DNA from: an uncultured beta proteobacterium
GTDB lineage: Bacteria > Pseudomonadota > Gammaproteobacteria > Burkholderiales > Casimicrobiaceae
Length of the DNA: 64,000 bases
Assembly (NCBI GenBank): GCA_963717705.1
Contig: CAVQWT010000006.1
Coordinates: 153,465 to 217,464, forward strand
Direction: 5' to 3'
Below the pieces are notes generated by a model. It saw only the letters and a list, made by a program, of their open reading frames with translations. It did not search any database and was not told where the DNA came from. Below are positions 1-14,529 of this stretch, piece after piece (the first letter of the stretch is position 1; every line of letters begins with the position of its first letter). The position numbers and the translations under genes were made by a program.

Positions 1-321
1 CGCTCGTGCCAGCGGCGAAAGCCGCGCTTGCGGATGGCTTCGGCAATCGACACGACGGTCTCCGGGCGGCGGGCGGCGAACACGGGCCTCGCGGGTTCTG
101 GCCAGTGTACGCCCCGGCGGCGCGGGCGGGCAACGCCGCGGACCGGCGACTGCGCGGCTGCGACGGCTCCACCGTCCGACGGAACCGGGGGCTCGCGGCG
201 GCATCAAACCCCTGTGCCGCCTGCCGTCGACGGCGCCTGTCAGGAATCGCCTTCGGCAGCGACTATGCGATAACCTTCGGGCCTGCGCGCCCACCGATTC
301 ATCGACCCCTGGTGCCACGAC

Positions 322-888
322 ATGAAACGACGCCACTTTCTCGCCGCCCTGCTCGCCACGCCATGGGCCGCGGCCATCGTCCCCGGCATCCGCGCCGCGC
401 AGGCCGCGCCTGCCGCCGCTTCCGACACCATCGCGAAGATGCAGGCGCGCTGGCGCACGCTGCTGGCGCCGGGCACGGTGGTGCCGCCGACGGGCGAAAT
501 GCTCGCGCTGTCGAACGCGGAGTGGAAGAAGCGGCTGTCGCCGCTGGCCTTCAACGTGATGCGCGAGGAGGGCACCGAGCGCGCGTTCACCAGCGAGCTG
601 AACACCGAGAAACGCGCCGGCGTGTTCGTCTGCGTCGGTTGCGCGCTGCCGTTGTTCACCTCCGAGATGAAGTACGACAGCGGAACCGGCTGGCCAAGCT
701 TCTTCACGACCATCCCGGATGCCTTCCAGACCAAGGCCGACAACGGGCTGTTCTACACGCGGACCGAGTACCACTGCGCGCGCTGCGGCGGCCACCACGG
801 ACACGTCTTCAACGACGGCCCCCCTCCGACGAATCAGCGCTGGTGCAACAACGGCGTCGCGCTGAAGTTCGTGCCGCTGAAGGCTTGA
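322..888 (+). CDS. msrB: peptide-methionine (R)-S-oxide reductase MsrB, exported (Tat signal)
   Basis: 188-aa ORF. Twin-arginine signal (KRRHFLAAL...AAQA) followed by SelR/MsrB motifs (CVGCALPLF, GTGWPSF, CARCGGHHGHVFNDGP). Confidence 0.9.
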   Translation: MKRRHFLAALLATPWAAAIVPGIRAAQAAPAAASDTIAKMQARWRTLLAPGTVVPPTGEMLALSNAEWKKRLSPLAFNVMREEGTERAFTSELNTEKRAGVFVCVGCALPLFTSEMKYDSGTGWPSFFTTIPDAFQTKADNGLFYTRTEYHCARCGGHHGHVFNDGPPPTNQRWCNNGVALKFVPLKA

Positions 889-3114
889 TCAGCGCCGCGT
901 CGCCGACAGCACGCCGGCGACGTCGCGGACCTGCGCCAGCGCGCGCCTGAGCTCGGCGACGCTCTTCACTTCGAGGGTGAAGCTCATCCGGGCCAGGTCG
1001 CGCCTCGACAGCGTGTTCACCGCAGTGACGTTGATGCGCTCCTTCGAGAAGACTTCCGAGAGGTCCCGCAGCAACCCCGGGCGGTCGCCGGCCTCGACGA
1101 CGATGTCGACCGGGAACACTTCCTCCCGCGCCGAGCCCCACTCGGCGGTGATCAGCCGCTCCGCCTGCGTGGCGCGCGCCCGCGCCACGTTGGCGCAGGC
1201 CGCGCGATGGATGGTGATGCCCTTGCCGCGGGTCACGAAGCCGACGATCGCGTCCGGCGGCGCCGGCTTGCAGCAGCGGGCGAGTCCCGTCATCAGCCGG
1301 TCGACGCCGACGATCAGGATGCCGCTGCCGGACCCCGTAGCGCGCGAACGCCGCGTGATCGCCTCGGCGGTGTCGTCGAACGCAGTTTCGGTACCCGCCG
1401 CCGCCGGAGCCGCGACCGCCGCGATGGCTATCTGGATCGCGCGGGTGTTGATCTCGTCGCGGCCGGTGGCCGCGAACAGCTCGTCGGCCTTCGCATAACC
1501 GGCCTTCACCGCCACCGCGTCGAGGTTGAGCGCCGTCGCGCCCGCCCGCTGCAGCTCCCGCTCGACGACCGCGCGTCCGTGGGCGACCGTCTCGTCGAGC
1601 TGCTGCGCCTTGAACCACTGCCGGACCTTGGCCCGGGCGCGGTGGCTCTGCACGTAGCCCAGCTCGGGGTTGAGCCAGTCGCGCGAGGGTCCGCCCTGCT
1701 TGACGGTGACGATCTCCACCTGCTGCCCGTTGCGCAGCGTGCTGTTGAGCGGCGCCATCGCGCCGTCGACCTTCGCGCCCCGGCAGCGGTGGCCGAGGTT
1801 GCTGTGCACGGCGTACGCGAAATCGACCGGCGTCGCGCCGCGCGGCAGGTCGATCACCCTGCCCTGCGGCGTCAGCACGTAGATCGTGTCGGTGAACAGG
1901 CTCGACTTGAACGCCGACAGCCACTCGGTCGCATCGGCCGCGGCGTCCTTCCAGTCGAGCACCTGCCGCAGCCAGGCGATGCGGTCCTCGAACCCCGGAT
2001 CGCGGCGGCCGCCGTGCGCCGCGTCGCCTTCCTTGTAGCGCCAGTGCGCGGCGACGCCGTACTCCGAGTGCTGGTGCATCTCGCGGGTGCGGATCTGCAC
2101 CTCGAGCGGCTTGCCCTCGGGACCGATGACCGCGGTGTGCAGCGAGCGGTAGTTGTTCGACTTGGGCTTGGCGATGTAGTCGTCGAACTCCCGCTGCAGC
2201 GGCGTCCACAGGTGGTGGACGATGCCCAGCGCGGTGTAGCAGTCCTTGACGTCGTCGACCAGGATGCGCACGGCGCGGATGTCGTAGAGCGTGTCGATGC
2301 CGCCCTGCTTGCGCCGCATCTTGTTCCAGATGCTGTAGATGTGCTTGGGCCGTCCGGTGACGTCGGCGCGGATGCCGGCGACGGCGAGCTCGCGCTGGAG
2401 CGTCGAGATGATCTCGTCGATGTAGCGCTGGCGGTCGAGCCGGCGCTCGTCGAGCTGTCGGGCGATCGACTTGTACGTGTCGGGCTCCAGCGCCCGCAGC
2501 GACAGGTCCTCGAGCTCCCACTTGAGCTGCCAGATGCCCAGGCGGTTGGCGAGCGGCGCGAACAGGTCCATCACCTCACGCGCGCACCGCGCCCGCGCGT
2601 CGGGATCGGCGGTCATCAGGAACCGGAGCGCCTGCGTGCGCTCGGCGAGCTTGACCAGGACGACGCGGATGTCCTCGACCATCGCCAGCAGCATCTTGCG
2701 CAATCGTTCCGCCTGCGCCGCGCGCTCCTCGGCGTCACCGACCTGCGGCAGCGCGCGGATCTCGTCCATCCGCGCGACGCCTCCGACCAGCGTGGCGACG
2801 TCGGCGCCGAAGCGGGCGGTGACGTCGGCGGCGTCGAAGGCACCGGCCGCCGGCAGGCCGACGAGCAGCGCGCCGACGACCGTGGCGGCGTCGAACTTGA
2901 GGCCGGCGAGTATCGACGCGGCGCCGGCGCCGCGGTCGAGCAGCAGCTCGCCGTCGCGAGTGCAGGCGTCACCGCAGTGTGCCCGCGCATAGTCGAGCGC
3001 GTCCGCGAACGCCGTGATGTCGTCGGGGGGGTAGGTGCCGCGAAGGCTGTCGAGCCAGGCGGCCGTTGCTTCCGGCGCGCCGGTCCGCGGAGCGGCGTGC
3101 AGTACCGCGACCAT
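889..3114 (-). CDS. relA: GTP pyrophosphokinase, RelA/SpoT family (RelA-type)
   Basis: 741 aa. Synthetase motif RSLHTAV..EVQIRTREMH..GVAAHWRYKEG with TGS- and ACT-like C-terminal regions. The hydrolase HD motif looks degenerate (ALLVGLP). ATG at 3114. Confidence 0.85.
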   Translation of the reverse strand: MVAVLHAAPRTGAPEATAAWLDSLRGTYPPDDITAFADALDYARAHCGDACTRDGELLLDRGAGAASILAGLKFDAATVVGALLVGLPAAGAFDAADVTARFGADVATLVGGVARMDEIRALPQVGDAEERAAQAERLRKMLLAMVEDIRVVLVKLAERTQALRFLMTADPDARARCAREVMDLFAPLANRLGIWQLKWELEDLSLRALEPDTYKSIARQLDERRLDRQRYIDEIISTLQRELAVAGIRADVTGRPKHIYSIWNKMRRKQGGIDTLYDIRAVRILVDDVKDCYTALGIVHHLWTPLQREFDDYIAKPKSNNYRSLHTAVIGPEGKPLEVQIRTREMHQHSEYGVAAHWRYKEGDAAHGGRRDPGFEDRIAWLRQVLDWKDAAADATEWLSAFKSSLFTDTIYVLTPQGRVIDLPRGATPVDFAYAVHSNLGHRCRGAKVDGAMAPLNSTLRNGQQVEIVTVKQGGPSRDWLNPELGYVQSHRARAKVRQWFKAQQLDETVAHGRAVVERELQRAGATALNLDAVAVKAGYAKADELFAATGRDEINTRAIQIAIAAVAAPAAAGTETAFDDTAEAITRRSRATGSGSGILIVGVDRLMTGLARCCKPAPPDAIVGFVTRGKGITIHRAACANVARARATQAERLITAEWGSAREEVFPVDIVVEAGDRPGLLRDLSEVFSKERINVTAVNTLSRRDLARMSFTLEVKSVAELRRALAQVRDVAGVLSATRR

Positions 3115-3186
3115 CGGCCGATTATACGGCGTGCGAGCGCGCCGACCCCGGCGGCATGCGGAAGGCCGCGCGGAACCCGGTACGCG

Positions 3187-4551
3187 CTAGAGCGGCGCGC
3201 CGGCCGCGGACGCGATGGTGTCGGCCAGCGCCTCGGCCGCCCTATCGGCGAGGGCGCGCTCGCGCGCCTCGACCATCACGCGCAGCACCGGCTCGGTGCC
3301 CGACGGGCGCAGCAGCACCCGGCCCGCGTCCCCCAGCGCCGCGACCGCCGTGCGCTCCGCCGAGCGGACCGTCGTGCTCGCGGTCCAGTCCCAGCCACGC
3401 CGGACCGGCACGTTGATGAGGCGCTGCGGAAACAGCGTCACACCCGCCGTCGCGGCGGCCAGCGTCGACTTGCGCTCGACCAGCGCGCGCAGCACCGCCA
3501 GCGCCGCGACGATCGCGTCGCCGGTCGTGTGCTTGTCGAGGCAAAGCAGGTGGCCCGAGTTCTCGCCGCCGAGCTGCCAGCCCTTCGCCACCATCCGCTC
3601 GAGCACGTAGCGGTCGCCGACCTTCGCGCGCTCGAGCGGGATGGACTCGCGGGACAGTGCCTGCTCGAGACCCAGGTTGGTCATCAGCGTGCCCACCACG
3701 CCGCCGCTGAGCGCGCCGCGCCGCCGGTAGTCCATCGCGATGACGTACAGGAGTTCGTCGCCGTCGTAGATGCGCCCCTCGCGGTCGACCATGATCAGCC
3801 GGTCGCCGTCGCCGTCGAGCGCGATGCCGACGTCGGCGCCGTGCTCGACGACGGCGTGGGCGAGCGCCTGCGGATGGGTGGCGCCCACGCCGGCGTTGAT
3901 GTTGAGGCCATCGGGTTCGGCGCCGATGATCACCATCTCCGCGCCGAGCTCGTGGAACACCGGCGGGGCGACGTGGTAGCCGGCGCCGTGCGCGCAGTCG
4001 ATGACGATCTTCCAGCCCTTGAGGTCGAGATCCGACGGAAAGGTGCCCTTGCAGAACTCGATGTACCGGCCGGCCGCGTCCTCGATGCGCCGCGCCTTGC
4101 CGAGTTCCGCCGACGGCACGCAGGCGAGCGGCAGCGCCATGGCCGCCTCGATCGCGTGCTCGGTCGCGTCGGGAAGCTTGGCGCCGGAGCCGGAAAAGAA
4201 CTTGATTCCGTTGTCGTCGTACGGGTTGTGCGATGCGCTGATGACGATGCCGGCGTCCAGCCGCAGCGCCCGGGTGAGGTAGGCGATGCCCGGCGTGGGC
4301 AGCGGCCCGCACAGCAGGACGTCGACCCCCGCCGCCGACAGGCCGGCCTCCAGCGCCGCCTCGAGCAGGTAGCCGGAGATCCGCGTGTCCTTGCCGATCA
4401 GCACCGCCGGGTGGCCGCCGGCGCGGCGCGTGTCGGCGGCCAGCACCCGGCCCGCGGCCCAGCCCAGCTTGAGCACCAGCTCCGGCGTGATCGGCGGCTC
4501 GCCGACCAGTCCCCGCACCCCGTCGGTACCGAAATAGTGCCGCTCCGTCAT
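3187..4551 (-). CDS. glmM: phosphoglucosamine mutase
   Basis: 454 aa. Begins YFGTDGVRG and has the active-site motif [16 protein letters not shown]. Typical length. Confidence 0.95.
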   Translation of the reverse strand: MTERHYFGTDGVRGLVGEPPITPELVLKLGWAAGRVLAADTRRAGGHPAVLIGKDTRISGYLLEAALEAGLSAAGVDVLLCGPLPTPGIAYLTRALRLDAGIVISASHNPYDDNGIKFFSGSGAKLPDATEHAIEAAMALPLACVPSAELGKARRIEDAAGRYIEFCKGTFPSDLDLKGWKIVIDCAHGAGYHVAPPVFHELGAEMVIIGAEPDGLNINAGVGATHPQALAHAVVEHGADVGIALDGDGDRLIMVDREGRIYDGDELLYVIAMDYRRRGALSGGVVGTLMTNLGLEQALSRESIPLERAKVGDRYVLERMVAKGWQLGGENSGHLLCLDKHTTGDAIVAALAVLRALVERKSTLAAATAGVTLFPQRLINVPVRRGWDWTASTTVRSAERTAVAALGDAGRVLLRPSGTEPVLRVMVEARERALADRAAEALADTIASAAGAPL

Positions 4552-4567
4552 CGCGCGCCTCGTGTCG

Positions 4568-5353
4568 TCATGCCGAGCCCGTCCCCATGCCTGCCGCCGA
4601 CCAGACCTTCAGCGCGTCGACCGTCTCGCGCACGTCGTGGACGCGGACGACCGCCGCACCGCGGGCGACCGCGGCCAGCGCCGCGGCGACGCTGGCCGCC
4701 ATCCGCTCGCCGACCGGGCGGCCGGTCAGCGCGCCCAGCATCGACTTGCGCGACAGGCCCGCCAGCACCGGATAGCCGGTTGCCGCCAGCGAATGCAGCG
4801 CGCGCAGCAGGGAAACATTATGCGCCAGCGACTTGCCGAAGCCGAAGCCGGGATCGAGCAGGATCCGGTCGTGCGCGATGCCCGCCGCCTCGCATGCCGC
4901 GGCGCGGGCCACGAGGAACGCGCGGACCTCGGCGACGACGTCGGCGTATTCCGGGGCCTCCTGCATCGTCTGCGGCGCGCCGCGCATGTGCATCAGGCAC
5001 ACCGCGGCGCCGCTGGCCGCCACCACGTCCAGCGCGCCCGGCGCCGCAAGTGCGCGGACGTCGTTGATCATCGTCGCGCCGGCGGCGATCGCGGCGCGCA
5101 TGACGCCGGGCTTCATCGTGTCGACGCTGACGATCGCACCGTCGGCGGCCATGGCCTCGACCACCGGCAGGATGCGCGCGAGCTCGTCGCGCTCGGTCAC
5201 CGGCGCGGCGCCGGGTCGCGTCGACTCGCCGCCGATGTCGAGAATGTCCGCGCCGTCGGCCAGCAGTGCCCGCGCGTGGGCAATCGCCGCCGCCGCGTCG
5301 GGATGGCGCCCGCCGTCGGCGAACGAATCGGGGGTGACGTTGACGATCCCCAT
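4568..5353 (-). CDS. folP: dihydropteroate synthase
   Basis: C-terminal part of track ORF 4568..7357. Motifs [35 protein letters not shown]. The ATG at 5353 is the first canonical start. The conserved upstream residues (CGPRALPLDRPRV) have no ATG/GTG/TTG start, so the true start is uncertain (up to about 5410). Confidence 0.85.
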   Translation of the reverse strand: MGIVNVTPDSFADGGRHPDAAAAIAHARALLADGADILDIGGESTRPGAAPVTERDELARILPVVEAMAADGAIVSVDTMKPGVMRAAIAAGATMINDVRALAAPGALDVVAASGAAVCLMHMRGAPQTMQEAPEYADVVAEVRAFLVARAAACEAAGIAHDRILLDPGFGFGKSLAHNVSLLRALHSLAATGYPVLAGLSRKSMLGALTGRPVGERMAASVAAALAAVARGAAVVRVHDVRETVDALKVWSAAGMGTGSA

Positions 5354-5406
5354 CACGCGCGGCCGATCGAGCGGCAGCGCGCGGGGACCGCAGCGAAGGA
5401 CCTGGC

Positions 5407-7293
<1,887 letters not shown>

Positions 7294-7468
7294 AGTGACT
7301 CCTCGCGGCGGCGCATTCGGGGCCCGCCGCCCACCCCTTGGTTCCCGGCGTCCACACCGCCGGGGATTGCCGTGCCGATCCGCCCCGAAGGGCGGGCCCA
7401 ACTTCTCATTTTAGCCCGTTGCGGTGCATTTCGGGGGTCCGGCCGGCGTGGACACCTTCGCCCGGGTC

Positions 7469-8134
7469 TCAAAGCGGGTGATCGACCGTGCCGCCGCGGA
7501 TTCGCTTGCCGACCAGAAAGACCTCGCGGCTGCGGTCGCGCGAGGCCTTTGGCTTGCGCACGTAGACCTTGTCGAAATGCCCCTGCATCGCCCGCTGGAA
7601 TTCCGGGAAACCCTCCCCCTGGAACATCTTGACCACCAGATCGCCGCCGGGTTGCAGCCACAGCACGGCAAATTCGAGGGCCAGTTCGGCCAGATGGATC
7701 GACCGTGCCTGGTCAGCCGACTCCACACCCGAGAGATTGGGGGCCATGTCCGATAGCACAAGGTCTGCCTTGCGGCCGCCCAGCGCGTCGGCGAGCGCCG
7801 CCAGCGCCGCATCCTCGCGGAAATCGGCCTGCAGGAACTGCACGCCGGCGACCGGGGTCATTTCCAGCAGGTCGATGGCGATGATCCTGCCCCGGTCCCC
7901 GAGCCGCTCGCGCAGGACCTGCGCCCAGCTCCCGGGCGCCGCGCCGAGGTCGACGACCGTCATTCCCGGGCGCAGCAGCTGGTCCTTCTCGGCCAGCTCC
8001 AGCAGCTTGAACGCCGCCCGGGACCGGTATCCGCGCCGCTGCGCCTCCTTTACCCAGTGGTCGTTGACGTGTTCCTGCATCCACGCCTTGCCGAACCGGT
8101 GCTTCTTCTTCGACGGATTGAGCGGACCCGCCAC
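7469..8134 (-). CDS. rlmE: 23S rRNA (uridine2552-2'-O)-methyltransferase RlmE/FtsJ
   Basis: 221 aa. Motifs [13 protein letters not shown] and SAM-binding [14 protein letters not shown] start at 8134. Sits immediately upstream of ftsH as in other proteobacteria. Confidence 0.9.
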   Translation of the reverse strand: MAGPLNPSKKKHRFGKAWMQEHVNDHWVKEAQRRGYRSRAAFKLLELAEKDQLLRPGMTVVDLGAAPGSWAQVLRERLGDRGRIIAIDLLEMTPVAGVQFLQADFREDAALAALADALGGRKADLVLSDMAPNLSGVESADQARSIHLAELALEFAVLWLQPGGDLVVKMFQGEGFPEFQRAMQGHFDKVYVRKPKASRDRSREVFLVGKRIRGGTVDHPL

Positions 8135-8148
8135 GTCAGGGAGTCATT

Positions 8149-8862
8149 TCAGCCGAATATCCGGAACAGGTTGGTGGCCAGCACGATGAGCACGATCACG
8201 ACCAGCGCGGCGATGATGGCGTTCTGCGTCGCGCGGGTCTCGCCATGGTAGACCAGCAGCTCGTCGGCAAGTTCGGCGAGTTGCGCGTTGGTGGCCGGCG
8301 ATTCCGCGGCGTCGAGCCCGGGCAGCGGAAACTCCGGGCCCTGTCCTGGCGCCACCGGCTCGGCCATCGCGACGGCCACCGGCAGGATCGCCACGAAGTT
8401 GGTCACCGGCAGAATGCGGAAAGCCGTGGTGTCCCACTGCTTGATCCGTCGGCCGCGGCGGGTGACGTGCGTCAGGCCGCGGGTGCCGCGGCCGACCGTC
8501 CGGACGCCGGCGTCGACGAAGAACCGGGCGGGCAGCCGCCCCGCCAGCGCGAGCTTGAACAGCGTGTCGAACTTGTCCTGCGCCATCGAGATGTTGATCT
8601 GGAACTTCGCCGGCTCGCTGCTGGCGCCGCCGCTGCCGCCGTTGACGTAGACGAGGGTGCCGGACGCGCGGCCCTCGGCGCGGCCCTGGAACCCGGGATG
8701 CTCGCGGATGCGCAGCACGCCGACGAGGCGTTCGAGCGCCTCGCCGTTGGCGAGCTCGACGCCATCACCCTGGGTGACGACGACGCGCATGACCAGCACG
8801 CTGGCCTTGCCCTGTTCGACGACCAGGCGGGCTTTGAGGGGAGTGAAACAGACGAGCGGCAT
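8149..8862 (-). CDS. hypothetical tail-anchored membrane protein (no recognisable family)
   Basis: ATG at 8862 (MPLVCFTPLK...), 237 aa. Codon third positions are GC-rich like neighbouring genes. Single C-terminal TM (NAIIAALVVIVLIVLATNLFRIFG). Its stop lies 14 nt upstream of the rlmE start on the same strand. Confidence 0.6.
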   Translation of the reverse strand: MPLVCFTPLKARLVVEQGKASVLVMRVVVTQGDGVELANGEALERLVGVLRIREHPGFQGRAEGRASGTLVYVNGGSGGASSEPAKFQINISMAQDKFDTLFKLALAGRLPARFFVDAGVRTVGRGTRGLTHVTRRGRRIKQWDTTAFRILPVTNFVAILPVAVAMAEPVAPGQGPEFPLPGLDAAESPATNAQLAELADELLVYHGETRATQNAIIAALVVIVLIVLATNLFRIFG

Positions 8863-9056
8863 GCGCCGTTGGTTGGTTGTCGTCGCTGACGGCGACCGCG
8901 GTCCGTGGAGGTGATGGTTCGCCCGCAGCCTCGACCGTGCGGGTCTCCAATGGTCGCCGGAATCGCGGCGCAGGGGAAGCCCGCCGGTCGGCAAACGGGA
9001 CCGCACTCGCATCGCGAATGCACTTTCGCGACACCCGTGTGGTGTACATTTCGCCC

Positions 9057-9833
9057 ATGGAAAGCACGCTCACCCCCGCCCGGCGCCGCGAGCTCCGCGC
9101 CGCTGCTCACCACCTCCATCCGGTGGTCGCCATCGGCCAGCACGGCCTCACGCCCGCGGTGCTGCACGAGATCGACGTCGCGCTCGCCGCGCACGAGCTG
9201 GTCAAGATCCGCGTCTTCAACGAAGACCGCGCCGAACGCGAAAACATGCTTGCGCGCGTCTGCGCGGAACTCGACGCCCTGCCGGTACAGCACCTCGGCA
9301 AGATGCTGATCCTCTGGCGCGCGAAGCCAGTCGCCGCGAAACCGTCCGCCCGGGCGACGCCGAAGGCCGAGCCCCCGACGACGAAACGCAGCAAGGCGAA
9401 GGACAAGCCCGCGGCCGGGAAGCCTTCCGGCAAGCCGGGCGCGAAGAAGGCCCCGGGCGGCCGCGCGGCCACCCCCAGGGCACGAACGATCCCCAAGCCG
9501 GCGGGCGGGCGCACCGGCGCACAGTGGAGTGCCGCCGGCGCGGCCGCCAAGCGCGGCGGATCCGGGGCCGGGGCCGGGCGCACCACCGCCGGCCCGGGTG
9601 CGAAGCGCACGACCGCAGGCCCGGGTGCGAAGCGCACGACGGCCGGCCCCGCGACGAAGCGCACGACCGCCGGCGCCGGGGCGAAGCGCACTTCAGCCGG
9701 ACCGGCGGGTACGCGCGGCGCGACCGCGACGGTGGCCAGGCGCACGGCCGCAGGCCCCGGCACGCGGCGCACTGGCACCGCTGCCGCCTCCGCACCGCCC
9801 GCCGCCGCCCGGCGACGCCGCGCCCGGACCTGA
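9057..9833 (+). CDS. yhbY: YhbY/CRS1-type RNA-binding protein with a long basic repeat tail
   Basis: ATG at 9057 (MESTLTPARRRELRAAAHHLHPVVAIGQHGLT...VKIRV). A YhbY domain of about 97 aa, then a K/R/A/P/G-rich tail of about 160 aa in the same frame. Confidence 0.8.
   Translation: MESTLTPARRRELRAAAHHLHPVVAIGQHGLTPAVLHEIDVALAAHELVKIRVFNEDRAERENMLARVCAELDALPVQHLGKMLILWRAKPVAAKPSARATPKAEPPTTKRSKAKDKPAAGKPSGKPGAKKAPGGRAATPRARTIPKPAGGRTGAQWSAAGAAAKRGGSGAGAGRTTAGPGAKRTTAGPGAKRTTAGPATKRTTAGAGAKRTSAGPAGTRGATATVARRTAAGPGTRRTGTAAASAPPAAARRRRART
9564..9725 (+). repeat. 27-bp tandem repeat inside the yhbY tail (four good copies plus degenerate flanks)
   Basis: Units at 9591, 9618, 9645 and 9672 (ggcccgggtgcgaagcgcacgaccgca and variants) encode G-P-G-A-K-R-T-T-A. 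Flanking units are degenerate. Confidence 0.85.
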
Positions 9834-9870
9834 TCGCGACGCAAGGGGCCCGGCCGGCGCACGCCCCGCG

Positions 9871-10767
9871 ATGACCCCGTCCCGCCGCCCGCTCGACGCG
9901 ACCGCCGCCGGCGCGATGATCGTGCTGTGCGCGCTGTGGGGCTTCCAGCAGGTCGCGATCAAGCTCGCGGCGCCGGCGGTGCCGCTGCTGCTGCAGGGCG
10001 CGATCCGCTCGGCCGCCGCGACGCTGCTGGTCCTGGCCTGGGCGCGCTGGCGCGGCATCGCGCTGTGGCAGCGCGACGGCGCGCTCGCTCCCGGGCTCGT
10101 CGCCGGGGTGCTGTTCGCCGTCGAGTTCGCGCTGATCTACGCCGGACTCGCGCACACGACGGCGGCGCGCATGGTGGTGTTCCTCTACCTTGCCCCATGC
10201 CTGACCGCACTCGGCCTGTCGTGGTTCGTGCCCGGCGAACGCCTCGCCCCGGCGCAATGGGCCGGCGTCGCGCTGGCGTTCGCCGGCCTTGCCGTGGCGT
10301 TCGGCGACGGCTTCGCGGCGCCCGGCCGCGCGACCCTGCGCGGCGACGCGATGGGGGTCCTGGCGGCGGTCGGCTGGGCGGCGACGACGGTGCTGATCCG
10401 CGCGACGCCGCTGGCGGCGGTCAGCGCGACCCGCACGCTGTTCTACCAGCTCGCCGTGTCGGCGGCGCTGCTGCCGCTGTTCTCCCTCGTGGCCGGCGAA
10501 GGCGGCGTCGCGGTGTGGACCCCGCTTGCCGTCGCGAGCCTCGTCTACCAGTCGGCCATCGTCGCGTTCGCGAGCTACCTGACGTGGTTCTGGCTGCTGA
10601 CGAAATACCTGGCCGGGCGCCTGGCGGTGTTCTCGTTCCTTGCGCCGCTGTTCGGCGTCGCCTTCGGCCACGCCGTGCTCGGCGACCCGCTCAGCCCCGC
10701 GTTCATCGCGGCGGCCGCGCTGGTCGGCGCCGGCATCGCGCTGGTCAACCTGCGCCGCGCGGCCTAG
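9871..10767 (+). CDS. DMT-superfamily (EamA-like) transporter
   Basis: ATG at 9871, 298 aa. About 10 hydrophobic helices and a duplicated EamA-like pattern. The longer track ORF is upstream read-through. Confidence 0.85.
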   Translation: MTPSRRPLDATAAGAMIVLCALWGFQQVAIKLAAPAVPLLLQGAIRSAAATLLVLAWARWRGIALWQRDGALAPGLVAGVLFAVEFALIYAGLAHTTAARMVVFLYLAPCLTALGLSWFVPGERLAPAQWAGVALAFAGLAVAFGDGFAAPGRATLRGDAMGVLAAVGWAATTVLIRATPLAAVSATRTLFYQLAVSAALLPLFSLVAGEGGVAVWTPLAVASLVYQSAIVAFASYLTWFWLLTKYLAGRLAVFSFLAPLFGVAFGHAVLGDPLSPAFIAAAALVGAGIALVNLRRAA

Positions 10768-11240
10768 GCGAAGCGGACGTCGAGGATGTCGTAGTGGCGC
10801 ACGCCGGCGGGCGCCTGCACGTCGACGGTGTCGCCGGCTTCCTTGCCGATCAGCGCCCGGGCGATCGGAGAGGACACCGAGATCTTCCCGTGCTTCAGGT
10901 CGGCCTCGTCGTCGCCGACGATCTGGTAGGTCACGTGGTCGCCGCTTTCGTGGTCCTCGAGCTCGACGGTGGCGCCGAACACGACGCGCCCGTCGGCCTC
11001 GATCGTCGACGGATCGATGACCTGCGCGTTGGCGAGCTTGGCCTCGACCTCGCTGATCCTGCCCTCGATGAAGCCCTGGCGCTCCTTCGCGGCGTCGTAA
11101 TCGGCGTTCTCGGACAGGTCGCCATGCGAGCGCGCCTCGGCGATCGCCTGAATCACCGCCGGCCGGTCGACGGTCTTCAGCCGGTGCAGCTCGGTCTTGA
11201 GGCGCTCGGCGCCGGCTACGGTCATCGGGATTCTGGCCAT
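10764..11240 (-). CDS. greA: transcription elongation factor GreA
   Basis: 158 aa. [22 protein letters not shown]...[18 protein letters not shown] at 11240. Confidence 0.95.
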   Translation of the reverse strand: MARIPMTVAGAERLKTELHRLKTVDRPAVIQAIAEARSHGDLSENADYDAAKERQGFIEGRISEVEAKLANAQVIDPSTIEADGRVVFGATVELEDHESGDHVTYQIVGDDEADLKHGKISVSSPIARALIGKEAGDTVDVQAPAGVRHYDILDVRFA

Positions 11241-11319
11241 CGTCGTCTTGAATGAATCGGCCGGAAGCGGTTCGCCGCCTCCGGCCTGCGGTTGATCGGA
11301 ATGCGTGCGGGACCCGCCG

Positions 11320-14526
<3,207 letters not shown>

Positions 14527-14529
14527 GGC

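Noticed and set aside
1-83. Possible 5' end of a minus-strand gene leaving the window (GTG at 83; MFAARRPETVVSIAEAIRKRGFRRWHE...).
   Set aside because: Only about 27 codons are visible and I recognise no motif, so it is too short to call.
886-891. Convergent genes with abutting or overlapping stop codons and no terminator: msrB/relA share the palindrome TGATCA, and the DMT gene/greA share CTAG at 10764..10767.
   Set aside because: This is real in the sequence but most likely just compact gene packing, with no evidence of a functional element.
1207-5067. 1286-aa plus-strand ORF. Similar giant ORFs occur at 11305..15915 (+), 33428..37795 (+), 55767..58325 (+), 58698..61478 (-), 809..2521 (-) and 30749..32653 (+).
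   Set aside because: All run antisense to, or off-frame through, strongly recognisable conserved genes (relA/glmM/folP, carAB, leuA/pssA/psd, ccoI, proS, aceB). Their translations are Arg/Ala/Gly/Pro/Asp-rich low-complexity strings, as expected for stop-poor alternative frames in very GC-rich DNA.
7294-7468. GC-rich hairpins (CCGCCC-uucg-GGGCGG and CCGGCG...CGCCGG) between rlmE and ftsH that could be an internal attenuator.
   Set aside because: No U-tract follows either hairpin, and such stems arise easily in GC-rich intergenic DNA. I did not pursue it without transcript-end data.
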